DNA of 7,396 nt from Neoechinorhynchus agilis (lineage: Eukaryota > Animalia > Acanthocephala), in assembly GCA_051530055.1 (NCBI GenBank), contig JBMGUZ010000094.1, forward strand, positions 1 through 7,396, read 5' to 3'. Below the pieces are notes generated by a model. It made no database searches and was not told the DNA's origin. It worked only from the letters and a program-made list of their open reading frames with translations. Made by a program: the position numbers and the translations under genes. Positions within the stretch are counted from its first letter, which is position 1. Each line of letters opens with the position of its first letter. This document shows, piece after piece, positions 1-7,396 of this stretch.

Positions 1-1221
1 TTATTCTTTTCTAGGTGATTAAGAAGGCGGCATTTAGGCTTACTGATTTATGACTCCCATTTTGGTTACGGTGAAGAAACGAGCGCATTATAGGCATTGA
101 AATTCTTATATTTTTCCGGGTTGATGATTTTTTTCTACGTGTGTTAAGAAGACCTATTTAATTCTTTGAATCTTACCAAACTGTGTTTTGTATTGCATTT
201 CTGTTAAGTTTTGAAGGTAAAGTGTACGACGTATAAAACTGTTGGATGATGTGTTCTAACGAACTCAACGGTCGTTCGGCCGATAATCTGTCTAAAACGA
301 CAAATATATTTTTCCACATCATGGATTAGAACCTTGCCATTTCAAGATTACGATTCCTTACTGGTTGTTGCCTGCAATTTGAACCGAAGTCACCTTCAAA
401 TAGGTCCCTACAAAGGAAATTCCTCCAATCATTCAATAAAGGTTATTTTATTGTTGTAGTAATCACATCGTGAAAAAATTGATTCTTATTCCATTTCTGG
501 TCGTCGTTGGCGATACAAGCCTCCTTCTCAAACGTTCATCCTTTTCTTTAAATCCAAGATAGTTAACAAGATTGACAGGTTTTATAAGGAACGATAAAAG
601 TCAAAGAACGTTATAGTATCTTATCCAGAAAAGAGCTTAGGTTTTCCTGTAAAATCTCACGTCGTCTTTTTGTGGCTTTCTAAGGATTCTATAGAAAGAT
701 GATTATCGATTAGTATTGTCAATAAGTTCGACTCATTTAAACCGATTAGATGTTTTATTTAATAAAAAAGAAGAAAACATGTCCTTTAGACTGCAAGATA
801 AACAAGAGTTCTTTAAATGAGAACGAAAATAACTCAAAAAACAAGTTTAGGTCCCTTGTGATTGAATCAGTGTCGAAATATACATTCGTCTCTTTAACTC
901 GACAAGCGACCTCGTTAATAACAATATCTATAATCATTATACCTCAATAAAAAATATCGACTGATATAGAATCTCAATAACAGCTCGTCAACAAAGTGAT
1001 AATCGACCAAAAAACCCATTTTTAACCGACGAAGCTACATATTTCCTTAGCCGTCGAGAACACTCAGTTGCGACTGACGTGAACGCTCAAATATTTCTTC
1101 TTTTCAGCCAGACGATAGCGAACGACGAAAAAAGGCAGTTTTCAAAGAGAAATCCAGGACGTAGCAATGAGCGAAGCATATTAACTCAATAGGTTTCTCC
1201 AATGGTTGATTAATAGACTCT

Positions 1222-1280
1222 TTACGATCACCTTAAATTCAATACGTGACGAAAAGAAGATAAAACTCACCATTTCAATT
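1222..1280. repeat. Possible eroded relic of the satellite monomer upstream of the array
   Basis: ttacgatcacc..aattcaata (1222-1244) matches the monomer end ttacgatcaccacaacttcaattcaata. It is followed by gataaaac and tcaccatttcaatt, which resemble arm motifs. Confidence 0.3.
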
Positions 1281-2994
1281 CACATCGACATTTCTGCAAT
1301 CCACGAGGGCGACAGAAATGCGATTCTTTCAGCTGAAAGGCAAAAAACCGTTAAACGTTGACGCTTTTTGTTTTTTACAATTCTAAGGGCCCCGACGGAT
1401 TTTCTCTCGACGATACCGGAATTGGAGATGAGGTTATAATAATCTCCGGATAAAACGTATTTTATTGAAATATTTTGCGAACTCGATTAGATTAATTTTT
1501 AATGACAGATAAACGAGGTTTCCACGAGAAATATTTCATTTCATTAAATTGCGTTTTATCTTTGCCGGGGTATTACGATCACCGTAACTTCAATTCCATA
1601 ACCCCTACGGATTTTCTCTCGACGATACCGGAATTGGAGATGAGGTGATCATAATCCCGTCCCCGGATAAAGCGTATTTTATTGAAATATTTTGCGAAGT
1701 CGATTGGATTAATTTTTAATGACAGATAAACGAGGTTTCCACAAGAAATATTTCATTTCATTAAAATGCGTTTTATCTTTGCCGGGGTATTATGATCTCA
1801 ACAACTTCAATTCAATAATCCAGGCGGATTTTCTCTCGACGATACCGGAATTGGAGATGAGGTGATAATAATCTCCGGATAAAACGTATTTCATTGAAAT
1901 ATTTTGGAAGTCGATTGGATTAATTTGTAATGGCAGATAAACGAGGATTCCACAAGAAATGTTTCATTTCATTAAAATCCGTTTTATCTGGGCCGGGGTA
2001 TTACGATCACCACAACTTCAATTCAATAATCCCGACGGATTTTCTCTCGACGATACCGGAATTGGAGATGAGGTGATAATAATCTCCGGATAAAGCGTAT
2101 TTTATTGAAATATTTTGCGAAGTCGATTAGATTAATTTCTAATGACAGATAAACGAGGTTTCCACGAGAAATATTTCATTTCATTAAATTGCGTTTTATC
2201 TTTCCCGGGGTATTACGATCACCACAACTTCAATTCAATAATCCCGACGGATTTTCTCTCGACGATACCGGAATTGGAGATGAGGTGATCATAATCCCCC
2301 CGGATAAAACGTATTTTATTGAAATATTTTGCGAAGTCGATTAGATTAATTTGTAATGAGAGATAAACGAGGATTCCACAAGAAATATTTCATTTCATTA
2401 AAATCCGTTTTATCTAAGCCGGGTTATTATGATCACCGCAATTTAAACTCTATCATCGCGACGGATTTTCTCTCGACGATACCGAAATTGGAGATGAGGT
2501 GATAATAATCTCCGGATAAAACGTATTTTATTGAAATATTTTGCGAAGTCGATTGGATTAATTTATAATGACAGATAAACGAGGATTCCACAAGAAATGT
2601 TTCATTTCATTAAAATCCGTTTTATCTGGGCTGGGGTATTACGATCACCACAACTTCAATTCAATAATCCCGACGGATTTTCTCTCGACGATACCGGAAT
2701 TGGAAATGAGGTGATCATAATCCCCCCCGGATAAAGCGTATTTTATTGAAATATTTTGCGAAGTCGATTGGATTAATTTTTAATGACAGATAAACGAGGT
2801 TTCCACAAGAAATATTTCATTTCATTAAAATGCGTTTTATCTGGGCCGGGGGATTACGATCACCACAACTTCAATTTAATAATCCCGGCGGATTTTCTCT
2901 CGACGATACCGGAATTGGAAATGAGGTGATCATAATCTCCGGATAAAACGTATTTTATTTAAATATTTTGCGAAGTCGATTAGATTAATTTGTA

Positions 2995-3141
2995 CTCGCT
3001 AGCAGTACAACGGGACAATGCTGCCAGCGTGATGGCGGCGGTCGAGGAAGGACAAAAGCTGGAATTCGGCGGGAAGTGGTGAGTGTGTTAATTGTCGAGA
3101 AATGAAGATTGATTGGTTGTCGAAATGCTCCGGAAATATCT
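2995..3141 (+). mobile_element. 147-bp insert in monomer 8; probable extremely 5'-truncated CRE-like (RLE) non-LTR retrotransposon 3' end
   Basis: Non-satellite, more GC-rich sequence flanked by ATTTGTA at 2988-2994 and 3142-3148; the unit is 154 bp longer than 212. Frame 2996-3082 reads SLAVQRDNAASVMAAVEEGQKLEFGGKW*, resembling the recalled CRE-clade C-terminal consensus ISIAIQRGNAAS(I/V)LG. A 59-nt tail follows, with no poly(A). Confidence 0.65.
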
Positions 3142-3702
3142 ATTTGTAATGACAGATAAACGAGGTTTCCACGAGAAATATTTCATTTCATTAAATTTCG
3201 TTTTATCTGGGCCGGGGGATTAAGATCACAACAACTTCAATTCAATAATCGCGACGGATTTTGTCTCGACGAAACCGGAATTGGAGATGAGGTGATAATA
3301 ATCTCCGGATAAAACGTATTTTATTGAAATATTTTGCGAAGTCGATTGGATTAATTTTTAATGACAGATAAACGAGGTTTCCACAAGAAGTGTTTCATTT
3401 CATTAAAATCCGTTTTATCTGGGCCGGGGTATTACGATCACCACAACTTCAATTCAATAATCCCGACGGATTTTCTCTCGACGATACCGGAATTGGAGAT
3501 GAGGTGATCATAATCCCCGGATAAAGCGTATTTTATTGAAATATTTTGCGAAGTCGATTGGATTAATTTTTAATGACAGATAAACGAGGTTTCCACAAGA
3601 AATATTTCATTTCATTAAAATGCGTTTTATCTGGGCCGGGGGATTACGATCACCACAACTTCAATTCAATAATCCCGACGGATTTTCTCTCGACGATACC
3701 GG

Positions 3703-3878
3703 AATTGGAGATGAGGTGATCATAATCTCCGGATAAAACGTATTTTATTGAAATATTTTGCGAAGTCGATTGGATTAATTTTTAATGACAGATAAACGAG
3801 GTTTCCACAAGAAATATTTCATTTCATTAAAATGCGTTTTATCTGGGCCGGGGTATTACGATCACCACAACTTCAATT
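3703..3878. repeat. Imperfect inverted repeat inside each monomer (example: monomer 11)
   Basis: Left AATTGGAGATGAGGTGATCATAAT matches the reverse complement of right ATTACGATCACCACAACTTCAATT at 20/24. Left GATAAAACGTATTTTATTGAAAT matches the reverse complement of right ATTTCATTAAAATGCGTTTTATC at 21/23. A mini-hairpin ATTAA-TTT-TTAAT (3774-3786) lies near the centre. A ~36-bp non-palindromic linker separates monomers. Confidence 0.9.
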
Positions 3879-5058
3879 CAATAATCCCGACGGATTTTCT
3901 CTCGACGATACCGGAATTGGAGATGAGGTGATCATAATCTCCGGATAAAACGTATTTTATTGAAATATTTTGCGAAGTCGATTGGATTAATTTTTAATGA
4001 CAGATAAACGAGGTTTCCACAAGAAATATTTCATTTCATTAAAATGCGTTTTATCTGGGCCGGGGTATTACGATCACCACAACTTCAATTCAATAATCCC
4101 GACGGATTTTCTCTCGACGATACCGGAATTGGAGATGAGGTGATAATAATCTCCGGATAAAAGTATTTTATTGAAATATTTTGCGAAGTCGATTAGATTA
4201 ATTTTTAATGACAGATAAACGAGGTTTCCACAAGAAATATTTCATTTCATTAAAATGCGTTTTATCTGGGCCGGGGTATTATGATCACCACAACTTCAAT
4301 TCAATAATCCCGACGGATTTTCTCTCGACGATACCGGAATTGGAGATGAGGTGATAATAATCTCCGGATAAAACGTATTTTATTGAAATATTTTGCGAAG
4401 TCGATTAGATTAATTTGTAATGACAGATAAACGAGGATTCCACAAGAAATATTTCATTTCATTAAAATCCGTTTTATCTAAGCCGGGTTATTACGATCAC
4501 CACAACTTCAATTCTATAATCCCGACGGATTTTCTCTCGACGATACCGAAATTGGAGATGAGGTGATAATAATCTCCGGATAAAACGTATTTTATTGAAA
4601 TATTTTGCGAAGTCGATTGGATTAATTTTTAATGACAGATAAACGAGGTTTCCACAAGAAGTGTTTCATTTCATTAAAATCCGTTTTATCTGGGCCGGGG
4701 TATTACGATCACCACAACTTCAATTCAATAATCCCGACGGATTTTCTCTCGACGATACCGGAATTGGAAATGAGGTGATCATAATCCCCCCCGGATAAAG
4801 CGTATTTTATTGAAATATTTTGCGAAGTCGATTGGATTAATTTTTAATGACAGATAAACGAGGTTTCCACAAGAAATATTTCATTTCATTAAAATGCGTT
4901 TTATCTGGGCCGGGGGATTACGATCACCACAACTTCAATTTAATAATCCCGGCGGATTTTCTCTCGACGATACCGGAATTGGAAATGAGGTGATCATAAT
5001 CTCCGGATAAAACGTATTTTATTTAAATATTTTGCGAAGTCGATTAGATTAATTTGTA

Positions 5059-5205
5059 CTCGCTAGCAGTACAACGGGACAATGCTGCCAGCGTGATGGC
5101 GGCGGTCGAGGAAGGACAAAAGCTGGAATTCGGCGGGAAGTGGTGAGTGTGTTAATTGTCGAGAAATGAAGATTGATTGGTTGTCGAAATGCTCCGGAAA
5201 TATCT
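5059..5205 (+). mobile_element. Second, identical copy of the 147-bp CRE-like insert (monomer 17)
   Basis: Identical to 2995-3141 at an offset of 2064 bp, with ATTTGTA at 5052-5058 and 5206-5212. It lies within an identical duplicated block, so it reflects duplication of one insertion. Confidence 0.65.
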
Positions 5206-5371
5206 ATTTGTAATGACAGATAAACGAGGTTTCCACGAGAAATATTTCATTTCATTAAATTTCGTTTTATCTGGGCCGGGGGATTAAGATCACAACAACT
5301 TCAATTCAATAATCGCGACGGATTTTGTCTCGACGAAACCGGAATCGGAGATGAGGTGATAATAATCTCCG

Positions 5372-5436
5372 GATAAGACATTTTAATTAAGTGAAATATT
5401 TCTCGTGGAAACCTCGTTTATCAGTCGTTGTAAATT
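5372..5436 (-). repeat. Inverted, diverged fragment of the satellite monomer at the right edge of the array
   Basis: 5392-5422 tgaaatatttctcgtggaaacctcgtttatc is the exact reverse complement of monomer sequence gataaacgaggtttccacgagaaatatttca. Flanks gataagacattttaattaag and agtcgttgtaaatt align with mismatches to the reverse complement of the monomer right arm and apex. Confidence 0.9.
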
Positions 5437-5696
5437 CGACGCCAGCACCACCGACGACACCCATGCCATTTTATTTTCTTTGGCGTCGAGACATTCGAGT
5501 CGTTTGGTACCGCAGAACTTGGTCAAACAATTGTCCAAGAGATTGATACGAATCACTGGCGATCTTAGATCAGGAGCATTCCTCCTACAAAACATAAGTC
5601 TAACTCTACAATGGGAGGGAACGCTGAATCCGTCCTTTCGACCGTTACACCAGGACGGCAGCTGCGGTGTGAATGATTATAAGCTCTTCTTGTGTT
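5437..5696 (+). pseudogene. Degenerate 3' end of a CRE-like RLE non-LTR retrotransposon ORF (two compensating frameshifts)
   Basis: Frame from 5467 reads HFIFFGVETFESFGTA. It shifts to NLVKQLSKRLIRITGDLRSGAFLLQNISLTLQ (to 5611), then shifts back to GNAESVLSTVTPGRQLRCE* (5617-5676). This matches the recalled CRE-clade C-terminus of the form F(V/I)PFGVETLGPWG..A..L.K.LSKRL...TGD.RAG.FL.QRISIAIQRGNAAS(I/V)LGT. The exact element boundaries are approximate. Confidence 0.75.
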
Positions 5697-5973
5697 ATTA
5701 AAAAATTAATCATTATTTGCACCTATAAATGTAAGATTTCGATTTTTACGGAATTGTGATCGGCCATTACGCTATAAAAAAGGTTCAAGTCTCCCGTCAC
5801 TAATCATTCGTTCAATATTCTATGAGTACTCAAAGGCAAACATCAAAAGAAGAGATCCCATACGCATCAATGATGGTCTTTTATAAGGTAAAATAAATTC
5901 ACTAATGACTGTTAAACTTTTTACCAATTTCACCTAGCGATATTCACTCAGAAAATTGATTTATATTGAAAAT

Positions 5974-6001
5974 TTTCGGCCTTTTCGTTGGCCTTCTTCA
6001 G
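5974..6001 (-). ncRNA. Mirror copy of the hammerhead-like core in the left arm of the inverted repeat
   Basis: Exact reverse complement of 6029-6056. Confidence 0.4.
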
Positions 6002-6028
6002 TCAGATCTAGAACTTAAAAAGGAATGA

Positions 6029-6056
6029 CTGAAGAAGGCCAACGAAAAGGCCGAAA
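6029..6056 (+). ncRNA. Hammerhead-ribozyme-like core (possibly degenerate)
   Basis: CTGAAGA-A-GGCC-aacgaaaa-GGCC-GAAA fits the CUGANGA box, a 4-bp GC helix II and the GAAA box. Convincing helices I and III were not found. Confidence 0.4.
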
Positions 6057-6704
6057 ATTTTCAATATAAATCAATTTTCTGAGTGAATATCGCTAGGTGA
6101 AATTGAAACAATAATGATTAATTTCTTTACAAACTTTTTACCACAAGAACTCAAGGAATCAACTAAAAACGTCCAATGGGAAATAAATCAGGAAAAATTT
6201 AAGCTTCGTTAAAAACGTACAATCGAATGAAATTTTTTAGGGATACTTATCTTAGAATCCCTATTTAAGTTGGTCAAATCCACTATCGCCGATGACTCTC
6301 AAAGAAAAAGGGGAAGAAATATGTCGTTGAAGGGAAGAGGAATCTCGGTCTCCCCCTGGGAAGAATTTTAAGGATCCGGATGGATTCGTACAAAACTCAT
6401 AACCGCGAATGGTTCAGGGTATTAAGTTATTTTATTCGATTCTCTGATGAACGAGATATCGGTTATCATCCGTGAAAAGACCTTCACTTCAACACACAAT
6501 AAATGTGATCAGCTATTGAGACTTAAAAGATAAAATAGGAATAGTTATAATAATACAGAAAAGGACCCATGTATCTTTAGGTCCTCATGAACACTCGAAT
6601 TTACAGAATAATTATTTCGGTACTTCTTTAAGATTCGTGCAGAGATTTGAAGAATTTTTTTATAAGTTGACTTTGGTTTGTTAGTTGTTTTTATGTTGCT
6701 CCAG

Positions 6705-6839
6705 AATCTCAGACAGATTCCGAATCAAAAGCTTCCTTAAAGCGATTCCGAGCGATTGTCGTTAAAATAAACAATATGACCAGAGCTGACAACGATGCTC
6801 AACATTACGGAGTGCGAAGAGCTACAAAATCTGTGAAAG
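6705..6839 (+). CDS. Candidate internal coding exon, product unknown
   Basis: T-rich acceptor ...tttttatgttgctccAG (ends 6704) and donor AAG|GTAACA (6840). The 135 nt are open in a phase 1-1 frame: SQTDSESKASLKRFRAIVVKINNMTRADNDAQHYGVRRATKSVK. A 66-nt intron-like stretch 6840-6905 follows, ending ttaacctcttcAG. No homology recognised. Confidence 0.3.
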
Positions 6840-7396
6840 GTAACAAAATAGAATTTCGATTTCGGTCTTTTTTGATTGTTTATCATAAAAAATTAACCTC
6901 TTCAGAGTTTATTTGGTAAATAAACTCCAATCATTGTTTGTTAGAAAATAAAGCGGCAGAAATATCACCAAAACATGCCTTAGACAGCAATTAAAGTGGT
7001 TTCCAATCAAGTGAAATACTCGAAAAACAAGTTTATAAAAGAAAATAACAATAATGCACGTGAAAAAGATTAGTGAAAAATGCGTAATAGCGAGAAAGAA
7101 TCAGGAAATGGAAGAAAAGATGACGACATTTCAAGGAAATTCTGCCTCTCGCGATGTAAAGAGGAAACGCAGCGAGTGTGGTCGCGATCACTGAGGGGAG
7201 AGCGATGCCTCTTCTTCGTGGACGATGGTGATTGTTGAAACGATTTGTTGTGGGTGTGTAAATGAAGGAGTTGCTTTCAAAAAAAATTACACGAAACATT
7301 TCATTGTGCGAGCACAGGAATTGATTTGAGTTAAACGGAGAAGCTTTTGGAAAAGTTGATTGAAGAAAACGCCTCCATAAAGATTGATTTGAACTG

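Larger units (their letters stand above)
2633..5345. repeat. Higher-order duplication: 2633-3281 is identical to 4697-5345 (offset 2064 bp = 9 monomers including the insert)
   Basis: By eye the two 649-bp stretches are identical, including the C7 run, the ggaaatgag variant, the insert and the ttttgtctcgacgaaacc variant. Bounding mismatches are at 2632/4696 and 3282/5346. Confidence 0.9.
1391..5376. repeat. Tandem satellite array, ~212-bp monomer, 17 full copies plus a partial 18th
   Basis: The motif cccgacggattttctctcgacgataccggaattgg (with variants) starts at 1391, 1603, 1820, 2031, 2243, 2457, 2669, 2884, 3250, 3462, 3674, 3886, 4098, 4309, 4521, 4733, 4948 and 5314. Spacing is 211-217 bp, except two 366-bp units that carry an insert. 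Monomers 11 and 12 (3674-4097) read as identical. Confidence 0.98.
5925..6105. repeat. Perfect 80-bp inverted repeat (arms 5925-6004 and 6026-6105) with a 21-bp spacer
   Basis: The arms are exact reverse complements (caatttcacctagcg...cttcttcagtca / tgactgaagaag...cgctaggtgaaattg). The spacer is gatctagaacttaaaaaggaa. A direct repeat aaactttttacca occurs at 5914-5926 and 6131-6143. Confidence 0.97.

Noticed and set aside
216-236. GKVYDV, a cytochrome b5-like peptide
   Set aside because: Immediately followed by a stop, with no HPGG motif or splice donor. Chance match.
755-937. Minus-strand ORF containing YFDTDSI (860-880), like Polinton/PolB motif C
   Set aside because: The flanking residues do not resemble PolB. 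The only upstream motif-B-like string (NGFFGR) is weak, too close and ends in a stop. Likely chance.
750-950. 66-aa plus-strand ORF
   Set aside because: Low-complexity K/N/I/S-rich translation of AT-rich DNA, overlapping an antisense ORF, with no recognisable domain.
5059-5205. Counting the two 147-bp inserts as independent insertions
   Set aside because: Both lie in an identical 649-bp duplicated block, so they represent one event.
1391-5376. CRISPR array or tandem RNA gene array (SL RNA, 5S, snRNA, tRNA)
   Set aside because: There are no unique spacers, since whole monomers repeat. I recognise no 5S, tRNA, snRNA or spliced-leader sequence on either strand. An Rfam/Infernal scan would be the decisive check, given that CRE elements often target SL arrays.
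5383-5595. 70-aa minus-strand ORF
   Set aside because: Antisense shadow of the retrotransposon fragment and satellite.
5405-5701. 98-aa ORF taken as an intact gene
   Set aside because: It is a chimera. It starts with GTG inside the inverted satellite piece, and only its middle (NLVKQ...TLQ) is in the retrotransposon frame. Treated as a pseudogene fragment.
5782-5791. GGTTCAAGTC Pol III B-box / tRNA T-loop-like motif
   Set aside because: No proper T-stem, A-box or cloverleaf around it.
6444-6477. Second CTGATGA...GAAA hammerhead-like string with a possible bulged helix II
   Set aside because: No helix III, cleavage triplet or helix I partner was found in type I or type III arrangement.
7033-7299. 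88-aa minus-strand ORF
   Set aside because: F-rich translation of a purine-rich plus strand, with no motif recognised. The plus-strand short ORFs there are also unrecognisable.

Overview
AT-rich, apparently eukaryotic (probably invertebrate; inference) non-genic window with no recognisable intact gene. The core (1391-5376) is a tandem array of 17 full copies plus 1 partial copy of a ~212-bp monomer. Each monomer is an imperfect palindrome (fold-back). One monomer carries a 147-bp insert flanked by a 7-bp duplication (ATTTGTA) at the palindrome apex, and this monomer is present twice because a 2064-bp-offset block was duplicated. The insert encodes SLAVQRDNAASVMAAVEEGQKL, which resembles the extreme C-terminus of CRE-like (restriction-like endonuclease, RLE) non-LTR retrotransposons. 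At the right edge the array flips into an inverted, more diverged monomer piece. That piece is interrupted at about the same apex position by a second, different, frameshifted CRE-like 3' fragment (~5437-5696). Together this suggests retrotransposons targeting the apex of a palindromic satellite. Further right is a perfect 80-bp inverted repeat (5925-6105) that contains a hammerhead-ribozyme-like core and is bracketed by a 13-bp direct repeat (Penelope/retrozyme-like remnant?). There is also a weak candidate spliced exon at 6705-6839. Family assignments come from recalled consensus motifs, not from a database search.
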